IMG/VR virus record: IMGVR_UViG_2667527789_000020
Coordinates: 1-19,197 of that record
DNA from: a virus
Lineage: Duplodnaviria > Heunggongvirae > Uroviricota > Caudoviricetes
Direction: 5' to 3' (one strand)
DNA length: 19,197 nt
Notes under the pieces: generated by a model
The model's input: only the letters and a program-made list of their open reading frames with translations
The model's database searches: none
What the model was told of the DNA's origin: nothing
Shown: piece after piece, positions 7,248 to 15,324 of the stretch
How positions within the stretch are numbered: position 1 is the stretch's first letter
Layout of the letters: every line of letters begins with the position of its first letter
Position numbers and translations under genes: made by a program

Positions 7248-7508
7248 ATGCAAAAAAGTACTCAAGTGAAAATCCTGTCAATAATGAGCCAATCAGAATT
7301 AGGGCGTCGTCTTGGTAAAACACCGCAAACCATAAGTGGGTGGTTTAAAAAACGAGTGCCAGCGGAGGAGGTTATACCAGCATGTGAGGCGCTTGACTGG
7401 GGAGTAACTCCGCATGAATTGCGCCCTGATAAATACCCTAATCCAACCGATGGTTTACCTGTTGAGTATCAGGCTAACGCACAAGCAGCGGCGGGAGTTG
7501 ATTCATGA
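7248..7508 (+). CDS. ydaS: Cro-like HTH protein, YdaS family (86 aa)
   Basis: SQSELGRRLGKTPQTISGWFKKRVPAEEVIPACEALDWGVTPHELRPDKYP matches the YdaS/Cro-like pattern (LG.TPQ..S.W...VPAE.V...E......HELRPD.YP). ATG preceded by GGAGGG. Divergent from the repressor. Confidence 0.7.
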   Translation: MQKSTQVKILSIMSQSELGRRLGKTPQTISGWFKKRVPAEEVIPACEALDWGVTPHELRPDKYPNPTDGLPVEYQANAQAAAGVDS

Positions 7509-7942
7509 AAATCAAGCATGAGCACATCCGCATGGCGATGAATGCGTGGCTGCTTTATCCGAGGGTAGGGCGCAAAAAAATCGCTGATGATATAGCGACA
7601 GCATATTTTGAGCTTGAAATGACTTATCCACCAATGCATGACACCTCTACGACAGAGGGTATTGGATTGAATATACAAAATATTTTTCGCTGGCTTGAAA
7701 AGGATACGCCTGATGCTGTTGAAAAAATTCAGGCACTAATTCCGGCTATCCTGACTGTTCTTCCGCGTGAACTGCGTTATCACCTCAGTATTTTTGACAC
7801 TGTTGAGCGCCGTGCATTACTGGCGGCGCAGGAAGCGTTGAGCACGGCAATTGATGCACATGATGATGCTGTCCAGGCCGTTTACCGGAAAGCGTATTTC
7901 AGCGACGGCGGGTCATCCGGCGAGTCTGTTGTGGTGCATTGA
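7505..7942 (+). CDS. ydaT: YdaT-family protein (CII-like regulator / putative toxin YdaT), 145 aa
   Basis: Begins MKIKHEHI; C-terminal LIPAILTVLPRELRYHLSIFDTVERRALLAAQEALSTAIDAHDDAVQAVYRKAYFSDGGSSGESVVVH matches Rac YdaT as I recall it. ATGA overlap with the ydaS-like stop. Confidence 0.7.
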   Translation: MKIKHEHIRMAMNAWLLYPRVGRKKIADDIATAYFELEMTYPPMHDTSTTEGIGLNIQNIFRWLEKDTPDAVEKIQALIPAILTVLPRELRYHLSIFDTVERRALLAAQEALSTAIDAHDDAVQAVYRKAYFSDGGSSGESVVVH

Positions 7943-8028
7943 TATTTATGCCAGCCCCCTGCTGATTCTGTTGATTGGGGAATCACAGAATATCACCAGA
8001 GGATGGTTCGTCACAAGATGAGGCAATT

Positions 8029-9039
8029 ATGGCCGCATTACCATACATGCAACTGTACATAGCTGATTACCTAGCTGACACCATGCATTTGTCCGCAGAG
8101 GAGCACGGTGCGTATTTGTTGCTGATGTTCAATTACTGGCAAACAGGGAAACCAATACCTAAAAACAGGCTGGCAAAAATTTCCCGTCTGACTAACGAGC
8201 GATGGGCTGATGTGGAACCATCCTTGCGGGAGTTTTTTTGCGATAACGGCGATGAATGGGTGCATCTTCGGATTGAGGAAGATCTGGCATCAGTCAGGGA
8301 AAAATTAACCAAAAAATCAGCCGCCGGAAAAGCATCTGTTCAGGCCAGAAGAAGCAGAAAGGAAGCATATGTTCAAACAAAACAAGAGAGAGATTTAACA
8401 GGCGTTCAAACAAATGTTGGTGTTGTGTTTGAACATGACGCAAACACAAAAGCAACTAATAAAGATACAGATCTAAAAGAATTAAACCCCACACATAACG
8501 TGCGTGAACGCGAGAGTATTCCGACCAGTGAGTCGCATGGTGCGCCGTTGCAGACAGCCGAACCTGAATACCTGGACGGCCTGAGCGAACCGATCGGGAA
8601 ATTTTCGATGACCACTGTCTGGCAGCCGTCGCCGGATTTTCGACAACGGGCAGCAGTGTGGGGTATGGCTCTGCCTGAGCCGGAATTTACACCTGCTGAG
8701 CTTGCCGCATTCCGGGATTACTGGATGGCGGAGGGGAAGGTTTTCACACAGGTTCAGTGGGAGCAGAAATTTGCCCGCCACGTGCAGCACGTCAGGGCAC
8801 AGGTAAAACCAGTCAGCAAGGGGGGAAGCCATGCAGCATCAGGTGGCACGGCATCACGGGCAATTCAGGAAATCCGGGCAGCACGCGAACAGTGGGAACG
8901 AGACAACGGATTTATCAGCAACGGAAACGGCCTGGAAGCTGTGGGAGCTTATGGGGGAGGTGTATTCGAACCGCTGGACTCAGAAGAACGGGGCCGCACC
9001 TTCGAAGCTCTGGATTGCCCAGATTGGTGCGATGACTGA
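8029..9039 (+). CDS. Replication initiation protein, YdaU-like (DUF1376 N-terminal domain, DnaT-like C-terminal region)
   Basis: ATG at 8029 preceded by GAGG with a 5-nt spacer; the six-frame ORF starts at a TTG at 7975. N-terminus YMQLYIADYLADTMHLSAEEHGAYLLLMFNYWQTG is the DUF1376 signature. C-terminal half (SMTTVWQPSPDFRQRAAVWG...FTPAELAAFRDYW) resembles DnaT-like domains. Confidence 0.7.
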   Translation: MAALPYMQLYIADYLADTMHLSAEEHGAYLLLMFNYWQTGKPIPKNRLAKISRLTNERWADVEPSLREFFCDNGDEWVHLRIEEDLASVREKLTKKSAAGKASVQARRSRKEAYVQTKQERDLTGVQTNVGVVFEHDANTKATNKDTDLKELNPTHNVRERESIPTSESHGAPLQTAEPEYLDGLSEPIGKFSMTTVWQPSPDFRQRAAVWGMALPEPEFTPAELAAFRDYWMAEGKVFTQVQWEQKFARHVQHVRAQVKPVSKGGSHAASGGTASRAIQEIRAAREQWERDNGFISNGNGLEAVGAYGGGVFEPLDSEERGRTFEALDCPDWCDD

Positions 9040-9493
9040 ACAGCAAATCCGGCAGGTCTGTCGTCAGTGCATGGACCGCTGCCGGGCGGGTGAAACGTGG
9101 CCCCCGGACCTGGCTGAGTTTGTTGCGCTGATTTCGGAGAGTGGGGCAAATCCATTTGGTCTTACGGTGGATGCCGTGATGGAAGAGTACCGGCGCTGGC
9201 GCAATGAATCCTGGCGATACGACGGGAGTGATAAATACCCGTGGCCACAGCCTGTGCTGTACCACATCTGCCTCGAAATGCGTACCAGAGGGATTGAGCG
9301 CCAGATGACGCAGGGTGAGTTAAAACGACTTGCGGAACGGCAACTGACGAAATGGGCAAAGCATGTTGGTAACGGGATGAGTGTTCCGCCAGTGCGACGA
9401 CAACTGGAAGGGGCGAAACACCCGAAAGGGCCAACGCCAATTGAATGGCTGAAACAGGAATACGAACGCCGGAAGGCAGCTGGTTTTATTTGA
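8831..9493 (+). CDS. Lambda P-like replication protein (helicase loader family)
   Basis: PPDLAEFVALISESGANPFGLTVDAVMEEYRRWRNE...DKYPWPQPVLYHICLEMRTRG...QGELKRLAERQL parallels lambda P (PSPGQFVAWCREE...GLPNVSELVDMVYEYCRKRG...ESYPWKSNAHYWL...TDAELRRKAADEL). ATG at 8831 has a strong SD (AAGGGGGGAAG) but overlaps the upstream gene by 209 bp in another frame. Alternative starts are 8951 and 9032. Confidence 0.6.
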   Translation: MQHQVARHHGQFRKSGQHANSGNETTDLSATETAWKLWELMGEVYSNRWTQKNGAAPSKLWIAQIGAMTEQQIRQVCRQCMDRCRAGETWPPDLAEFVALISESGANPFGLTVDAVMEEYRRWRNESWRYDGSDKYPWPQPVLYHICLEMRTRGIERQMTQGELKRLAERQLTKWAKHVGNGMSVPPVRRQLEGAKHPKGPTPIEWLKQEYERRKAAGFI

Positions 9494-9526
9494 ATCTGAG
9501 AAGCGATTTTGTAGGAGGAAATTTTA

Positions 9527-10288
9527 ATGGAAACCGTTTTTGACGCACTGAAAGCAATGGGAAAAGCCAGCTCTGTTGGACTGGCTGAGCGGCTTGATAT
9601 CAGTCGTGAAGAGGTTCTCAACGAACTGTGGGAACTCAAAAGAAATGGCGTTGTTGATAAAGCGGGTCACATCTGGTTTCTGGCTGGCGAAGGTGAATCC
9701 GGGGTAACCGAAGAGCAGCCAGAACAGTCTGAAGTACCGGATGTGCTGACCGGGGAGGTCGAACAAAAAGTTACCGCAGACATGATGATTGAGTTTATCG
9801 GTCAGGAGGGGGCTAAAACGTGTGAGGAACTGGCGGATAAGTTCGGTGTTAGCATTCGCAAGGTTGCTTCCACGTTGGCGGTGGTAACCGCAACGGGACG
9901 CCTGGCACGCGTAAATCAGAACGGTAAATTTCGTTACTGCATGCCGGGCGATAATTTACCAGCAGAGCCGAAAGCCGTGCCGGTAACGGAAAATGATGGT
10001 AAGGCCTTTCCTCAGCCAGCAGGTGTTGCGTTACCAGTACAGGAATCTGCAACACAGGAAGATATTAAAACAGAAACAGTGGCGGACATTGTGCAGTCGT
10101 TGCCATCGTTTACCGAAACGCAAGCAGATGAGCTGATTTTTCTGTCCCTGTGCAGGGCAAACCTGGCGCTGCGCAGGGCGAAAAGTGATGTTCAGAAGTG
10201 GGAGCGAGTCTGTGCCGCGCTGCGGGAACTGAACAAACACAGGGATATTCTCCGGGATATTACCGCCACCAGAGAGCTGCTGCGGTGA
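9527..10288 (+). CDS. Hypothetical protein with two tandem winged-helix-like modules (253 aa)
   Basis: ATG preceded by AGGAGG. Two internally similar segments ([30 protein letters not shown] and [32 protein letters not shown]) look like wHTH units. Function unknown. Confidence 0.65.
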   Translation: METVFDALKAMGKASSVGLAERLDISREEVLNELWELKRNGVVDKAGHIWFLAGEGESGVTEEQPEQSEVPDVLTGEVEQKVTADMMIEFIGQEGAKTCEELADKFGVSIRKVASTLAVVTATGRLARVNQNGKFRYCMPGDNLPAEPKAVPVTENDGKAFPQPAGVALPVQESATQEDIKTETVADIVQSLPSFTETQADELIFLSLCRANLALRRAKSDVQKWERVCAALRELNKHRDILRDITATRELLR

Positions 10289-10320
10289 GTGGCTGGAAGA
10301 AGTGGCGCTGGGCGGAAATT

Positions 10321-10602
10321 ATGATACTCCGGCAGTGTGCGGGAACGATGACAGTCGAAAGCATCGGCAGTCTGATTGGCCGTAGTGGGGCTGCCGTCAG
10401 GACGAAAGCGCGGGAACTGGGTATCTGCATGATGTTACGGGGTGATTATCACCAGTCAGCCAAATGTTCACAGCGTGATATTGAGCTGGCGCGGCAACTG
10501 CATCAGCGTGGCGTACCCCGACGGGAAATTGCCGAAAAGTTTGGGATGAAGTTGGGCGCAGTGAATAACTACGTTTATTTCGACAGGAGGGTTCAGGCGT
10601 GA
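10321..10602 (+). CDS. Small HTH-domain protein
   Basis: Two HTH-like segments (TVESIGSLIGRSGAAVRTKARELGI and VPRREIAEKFGMKLGAVNNYV). Start is uncertain: GTG 10285 overlapping the upstream stop, ATG 10321 or ATG 10342, all with weak RBS. Confidence 0.5.
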   Translation: MILRQCAGTMTVESIGSLIGRSGAAVRTKARELGICMMLRGDYHQSAKCSQRDIELARQLHQRGVPRREIAEKFGMKLGAVNNYVYFDRRVQA

Positions 10603-10904
10603 GGGTGAGAATTTATATCGCCGGTCCGATGACGGGATATGAAAATTTCAACCGTGAGGCGTTTCACAGGGCGGAAGAAGCACTGAAACGGGAAGGGCAT
10701 ACCGTTTTAAACCCGGCAGTACTTCCGGACGGACTGACACAGCCACACTACATGGATATTTGCATGGCGATGATACGCTGCGTGGATGCGATTTACATGC
10801 TGAAAGGCTGGCAGCGGTCGGCAGGCGCTAAGGCAGAACTGGCACTGGCGGAGAAACTGGGACATGCGGTTATTTTCCAGGAGGCAACCAGTGAGAAAAA
10901 TTAA
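10599..10904 (+). CDS. DUF4406-family protein (nucleoside 2-deoxyribosyltransferase-like fold), 101 aa
   Basis: GTG start overlapping the upstream stop (GTGA), preceded by AGGAGG. N-terminal MRVRIYIAGPMTGYENFNREAF is the characteristic DUF4406 signature. Confidence 0.7.
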   Translation: MRVRIYIAGPMTGYENFNREAFHRAEEALKREGHTVLNPAVLPDGLTQPHYMDICMAMIRCVDAIYMLKGWQRSAGAKAELALAEKLGHAVIFQEATSEKN

Positions 10905-11541
10905 TTATCAGACGCTACGTGAGATAGCAAAACTGGCAACCCAGGGCGAATGGGTCGCATTCATTTCGCCGGGCACTGATACATATGCGGTGCATACGCC
11001 GGGGGATGAACGTTGCGGAGACATTATCAAATGGCCTGGCTTTGATGACCAGAAAAATGCAGAGAACAACGCAGAATTTATTGCAGCTTTCAACCCTGAA
11101 GTAGTACAGGCACTGCTGGATGAACGGGAAGCCCAAAGCAAACGTATTGCAGAGCTGGAAGCTAATCTTGTGGCGCTGGCGGCGGAGAATGCACTTGCTC
11201 GTAAAGCAGTTCAGGCATTCTGCGATGTTGTTGGCGACAACACCGAGGTTATCTGCGAGGAGGTTGGGAGAGATGGCGTTCTGGTTATTTTGGAGGCCAT
11301 GAAGGCAACAGGAAATATGCCAGCCACCGATGCTTTCCTGTCTGAAGTGCGGGCGCTGGGGGTGGATGCTGCTATAGAAGCTGCAAAAAATCTGGTGGCC
11401 CAAGAATATGAGTATAAGGATTTCAAAGCGGCGCAGAGTGATTGCTGTATGCACCCTGGTTCAGACCTGATAGGGAAGGTTGAAATGACTGAGTGGTTAG
11501 TTGACTTTGCTGCCCAGCTTCGCAAAGGAGTTCAGTCATGA
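10891..11541 (+). CDS. ead/Ea22-like family protein
   Basis: GTG start (AGGAGG, 6-nt spacer) giving VRKINYQTLREIAKLATQGEW..., the Ea22-like N-terminal motif, followed by a coiled-coil segment (AQSKRIAELEANLVALAAENALARKAV). The six-frame ORF begins upstream at 10864 inside the DUF4406 gene. Confidence 0.6.
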   Translation: MRKINYQTLREIAKLATQGEWVAFISPGTDTYAVHTPGDERCGDIIKWPGFDDQKNAENNAEFIAAFNPEVVQALLDEREAQSKRIAELEANLVALAAENALARKAVQAFCDVVGDNTEVICEEVGRDGVLVILEAMKATGNMPATDAFLSEVRALGVDAAIEAAKNLVAQEYEYKDFKAAQSDCCMHPGSDLIGKVEMTEWLVDFAAQLRKGVQS

Positions 11542-11867
11542 GAGCTTCAATTAGTTATGTCGACGATTGCCACCTAAGCGTGCGTGTTGATGAAATTGTG
11601 TCATCCGTGCCAACTTTTCCGACAAAAAATGCAGCCGTTAATGCAGGCGCGCCATTCGGATGGAGGACGGCAGTTCGTATTGAGCGTCGATTCGAAAACG
11701 TTTGGGTGGTAGGTAAGAAATGCTTCCAAAGCGATCGCTCTGCGGGGCTTAATTTTGAAGCATATCGATTCCCGTTCCTCCGATGGGAGAAAGAGGGCGG
11801 GATTACAAAATGCCCGATTCTTTCCGTGCGCAGATTCAAGCAGGAGGCAACCAGTGAGCAAGATTGA
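11538..11867 (+). CDS. Hypothetical protein (109 aa)
   Basis: ATGA overlap with the upstream stop. Its C-terminus (...KQEATSEQD) is encoded by the same 18-bp junction sequence that forms the C-terminus of the DUF4406 gene (...FQEATSEKN), which suggests a genuine gene at a module joint. Confidence 0.4.
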   Translation: MRASISYVDDCHLSVRVDEIVSSVPTFPTKNAAVNAGAPFGWRTAVRIERRFENVWVVGKKCFQSDRSAGLNFEAYRFPFLRWEKEGGITKCPILSVRRFKQEATSEQD

Positions 11868-12198
11868 CTATCAGGTATTGCGTGAGGCAGCACAAAACTA
11901 TCGGTCGATGCTGGCGTGGTATCAGGAGAAACCAGACAGTCCAAACGCTGAGCAGGATTGTGATGCAGCTTTGGCTGCGTTTAAGCGTGAAATCCGTCAT
12001 CGTGAAGTGGGTATTATCGCTGATTTGCTGGATGAACTGGAGGAAGCAAAACAGCGTATCGACGAGCAGGAGTCCCGCATAGTGAAGTTACCAGAACCAT
12101 TCAAGCTGGCTAAATCATCAAGTGGATTAACGTACTACTACGCTGATGAGGTCAATGCCGCACTGACTGCTGCTGGTATTCGCATAGAAGGAGAGTGA
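11854..12198 (+). CDS. Ea22-like N-terminal-motif protein (114 aa)
   Basis: GTG start within the repeated junction. VSKIDYQVLREAAQNY parallels VRKINYQTLREIAKLA of the upstream Ea22-like gene, followed by a coiled-coil segment (LDELEEAKQRIDEQESRIVKL). Confidence 0.5.
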   Translation: MSKIDYQVLREAAQNYRSMLAWYQEKPDSPNAEQDCDAALAAFKREIRHREVGIIADLLDELEEAKQRIDEQESRIVKLPEPFKLAKSSSGLTYYYADEVNAALTAAGIRIEGE

Positions 12199-12199
12199 G

Positions 12200-12553
12200 A
12201 TGACCACTATTACCAAAGAGCGACTGCAATGGCTGGCTAACATTTCTGGCCGCGATGACATTGACGATATAGACGGCGGTGAAATTCGTGAGCTGGCGCT
12301 TATCGCGCTGGCATCGCTGGAAGCGAAGCCTGTAGCTTCATGTATTATTGAAGATGGGGGCATGTGTGTTGACGGGTTCGGTGAGTATGTTGGTCACTCG
12401 CTGCCTGATGGAACGCACCAGCTTTACGCCGCCCCGCCAGTGCCTAGTAAGTTGCCGCGTGAATACAGAAACGGTTGGCCTCTTGCATATAGTGATTATG
12501 CTGAAGGCTGGAACGACTGCCGCGAAGCCATGCTTCAGGGAGATAAATCATGA
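12200..12553 (+). CDS. Hypothetical protein (117 aa)
   Basis: ATG preceded by GGAGAG, 1 bp after the upstream stop; the downstream gene starts with an ATGA overlap. No recognisable domain. Confidence 0.55.
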   Translation: MTTITKERLQWLANISGRDDIDDIDGGEIRELALIALASLEAKPVASCIIEDGGMCVDGFGEYVGHSLPDGTHQLYAAPPVPSKLPREYRNGWPLAYSDYAEGWNDCREAMLQGDKS

Positions 12554-12912
12554 TTAATCGTATCAAGCTGGAGCACATCCTCGAATATGCCAGGCAGCAG
12601 AAGCATACTGGTCAGCATTGTAAAATTCCACCAGGGGATATGGTTGAAATCATGGAGATTGCCATGCGCAAGGCTGGCAATTCTCCGGTAACTCCGGATG
12701 GTTGGATAAGCTGTAGTGAGCGAATGCCGAATACCAAAACAGCCGTTCTTGTTGCCGTGGAGTTTGACAGGAAAGGTGACTGGCGAATGAAATGGGCTAC
12801 TTACATCCCGGGGCATCATGACGCTAATGATGGGTGGATAATTCCTGGTGCGTCGTGGAAACCGTCACACTGGATGCCGCTACCAGAACCGCCGAAGGAG
12901 GTGCGCCAATGA
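12550..12912 (+). CDS. DUF551-domain protein (120 aa)
   Basis: C-terminal DGWISCSERMPNT...VLVAV...W......W...SHWMPLPEPP is the characteristic DUF551 signature of lambdoid nin-region proteins. Confidence 0.65.
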   Translation: MINRIKLEHILEYARQQKHTGQHCKIPPGDMVEIMEIAMRKAGNSPVTPDGWISCSERMPNTKTAVLVAVEFDRKGDWRMKWATYIPGHHDANDGWIIPGASWKPSHWMPLPEPPKEVRQ

Positions 12913-13138
12913 GCTGGCCTGAGGCCTTCTCAAATGTTGGTATTGCAATGGCGCTGGTGGTGTATTCGATTTGCCGCTGGGGATAAAAACGGTTTGCGGG
13001 GAAAGAAGAGTTAAGTAGAATTGCTGCGGGTGCCTGAGGCTGTCTGCCTCAGGCATGAACACCAAAAGGCAGATAGAGAAAGCCCCAGTTAACATTACGC
13101 GTCCTGTAAGACGCTCAACATTAATCTGAGGCATATGG

Positions 13139-14263
13139 ATGCGGATGAAAGAATTAAATAAATTCAGAGTGATAGACCTCTTTTGTGGGGCAGGTGGATT
13201 ATCTTATGGTTTTCTTCATGGAGAGATGTCTGACTACTTTGAAAGTATCCTTGCTATTGATAATAATGCTGCAGCTATAAATACCTACAATGCCAATTTT
13301 GGTTTGCATGGAGTTCAGGCAAATATTGAGGAGTGGGCATCCAGCAATACTGTTCCTGAGGCTGATGTGGTCATAGGTGGCCCCCCGTGTCAGGGATTCA
13401 GTTTATTGAATAAGAATCGTTATGGTGATCACCGAAGAGCATTGTGGGAGCCTTATATGGATGTCATTGAGCGTTCAAGGGCTTGCATGTTCGTCATGGA
13501 AAATGTCCCCGGATTGCTGATAAGCGATGAGTTTGCGGACATTACGTTTAGAGCGAAATCCATGGGCTTTATTCTGCTTAATCCAATGGTGTTGAATACT
13601 GCTGACTATGGAGTACCTCAGACAAGAAAACGAACGATAGCAATCGGTATCAAACGAGAACTCTTCGATGAGCATAGTATTCCGGCGTTCCCGCCAGCAC
13701 CAACGCATCGTTCCCCTGATAAGGATGTCGCTTTGCCTGAATGGGTCTGTACGCGTGATGCAATTGGTGACTTACCTGCTCCTGTTGGAACTGATATTCG
13801 TAATGAACTTCCTCCGCTGAACTTACATTTTGGGCGTAATCCCACACCTGTTTCTCTGGAGCGATATAAAGCGGTTCCACCAGGAGGTAACCGTTTCGAT
13901 TTACAGAAAAAAAGACCTGATATAACCCCGGCGTGCTGGCTAAAAAAGAAATCTGGAGGGACCGATTTGTTTGGACGTCTGTGGTGGGACAGACCTTCAG
14001 TAACGATTCGTACTGAGTTTTTCAAACCGGAGAAAGGGCGATATTTACATCCGGAAGAGGATCGGCCAATAACTCATCGTGAGGCAGCGAGATTAATGTC
14101 TTTTCCTGATAATTTCATTTTTACCGGTTCAAAAACTGAGATTGCAAAGCAGATCGGGAATGCTGTTCCACCGCTATTTGCGGCAAAAATCGCACAATAT
14201 GTGTATGGAGTTTTGCAGGGACGGTATAAGAATAACATCAGTAAGAATAGTCAAGCAGCCTGA
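13139..14263 (+). CDS. DNA (cytosine-5)-methyltransferase, modification subunit of a Type II R-M system (374 aa)
   Basis: Motif I DLFCGAGG (FxGxGG), motif IV GGPPCQGFS (catalytic PC), motif VI ENV, motif X-like QIGNAVPPLFAAKIA. ATG preceded by GAGG with a 7-nt spacer. Visibly more AT-rich than the flanking phage genes. Confidence 0.9.
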   Translation: MRMKELNKFRVIDLFCGAGGLSYGFLHGEMSDYFESILAIDNNAAAINTYNANFGLHGVQANIEEWASSNTVPEADVVIGGPPCQGFSLLNKNRYGDHRRALWEPYMDVIERSRACMFVMENVPGLLISDEFADITFRAKSMGFILLNPMVLNTADYGVPQTRKRTIAIGIKRELFDEHSIPAFPPAPTHRSPDKDVALPEWVCTRDAIGDLPAPVGTDIRNELPPLNLHFGRNPTPVSLERYKAVPPGGNRFDLQKKRPDITPACWLKKKSGGTDLFGRLWWDRPSVTIRTEFFKPEKGRYLHPEEDRPITHREAARLMSFPDNFIFTGSKTEIAKQIGNAVPPLFAAKIAQYVYGVLQGRYKNNISKNSQAA

Positions 14264-14276
14264 AGGAAATCCAGAA

Positions 14277-15154
14277 ATGAATGGAGATTTGGTTGACAGC
14301 ATAGTTGGTTTTGCTGAAGCCAGAAAGGAGTTTCATGCCCAATTGTTACTGAATACGCTCACAATTAATACTGCCGGAGTTGTTAGTAACGCAGATAGCA
14401 GTAACAAAAACAGTAAAGCTATAGCAAGAGAAATTGCTCGCTTCTTGCAGGCTGAAACGATTGGTGAACGTGTTGCAGGGCAAACATCTGGTAATCAGTT
14501 TGAGAGTATCTGCGCAGAGTTTATAAAAAAACCTTTTTTAAACTCAGCCACTTACGCCCTGGGAAATGGAATGTATATCAGGTTTCTGGTAGAAACAGAT
14601 TAGAGATAGCTAAATATGAACAATATGCCCATCTTATAGCATTGGATAGTGCTGCAAAAAGTAATCCTCAGCTAGCTGCTGCACTGGGGAGTGATTATAC
14701 GATTTCACCAGATATTATTGTTGAAAGAGAACCTGAATGCGATCAAGTTATCAACAGTCCTGAATTACTGGTGGATGATTCTGTTACCCGCATGTCAGCT
14801 CTCAGGAGTTCGAATGGTGGGAAACCAATATTACACGCAAGTATTTCCTGCAAATGGACAATAAGAAGCGACCGGGCCCAGAATGCTCGTTCTGAGGCAT
14901 TAAATCTTATTCGCAACCGTAAGGGAAATCTCCCTCATGTAATGGTTGTTACTGCTGAGCCTACTCCAAGTCGTCTGGCGTCTATTGCTCTTGGTACTGG
15001 TGATATAGATTGCGTGTACCATTTTGCGCTTTATGAACTTATATCAGCAGTTGAAATACTGGGGCTCAGCGATGCAGCTGACATGCTTTCCGTGATGGTT
15101 AATGGTAAAAGATTAAAGGATATTTCTGATCTTCCCTTGGATCTTGCAGTCTGA
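14277..15154 (+). pseudogene. Type II restriction endonuclease, Cfr10I/NgoMIV-like, reading frame split by a 1-nt shift in a homopolymer region
   Basis: N-terminal piece 14277-14603 (frame 3) and C-terminal piece open from 14504 to 15154 (frame 2) overlap around an A7 tract (14525-14531) and a T6 tract (14534-14539). The C-terminal piece carries SPD-X46-SCK-X13-E (SPDIIVERE...HASISCKWTIRSDRAQNARSE), matching the PD-X46-55-K-X13-E active-site arrangement of the Cfr10I/NgoMIV family. Starts 14 bp after the C5-methyltransferase stop. Joined length is about 290 aa, typical for this family. Confidence 0.6.
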
Positions 15155-15226
15155 CATCTCTATGTAAATAGAGTCTGTCATATTTTAACTGTGATGGCAC
15201 GTCATTGACTTCAGTACATTTTTACT

Positions 15227-15252
15227 AACCTGCTTCGCGGGTTTTGTTTTTT
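15227..15252 (+). terminator. Rho-independent terminator downstream of the R-M cassette
   Basis: AACCTGC-ttc-GCGGGTT stem (7 bp with one G-U pair) followed by TTGTTTTTT. A weaker hairpin (GACA.CTCTA / TAGAG..TGTC) lies directly after the endonuclease stop at 15153-15179. Confidence 0.55.
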
Positions 15253-15324
15253 CCTGGCATTCTGGTTTACAATCCACACGCCAGCCTGAACAACTGGCAC
15301 CTGCTGCGCCAGCAGAGACAACCG

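Noticed and set aside
9064-9639. 191-aa minus-strand ORF, plus the overlapping minus ORFs at 8915-9265 and 9162-9440
   Set aside because: Antisense to the P-like replication gene, S/R-rich low-complexity translation, no RBS; the sense-strand gene has recognisable similarity.
10915-11454. 179-aa minus-strand ORF
   Set aside because: Antisense to the Ea22-like gene, which has a clear RBS and family motif on the plus strand.
12880-13134. 84-aa minus-strand ORF upstream of the methyltransferase, considered as a possible controller (C) protein
   Set aside because: Wrong strand for a C protein, no HTH motif, overlaps the DUF551 3' end, proline-rich spurious-looking translation.
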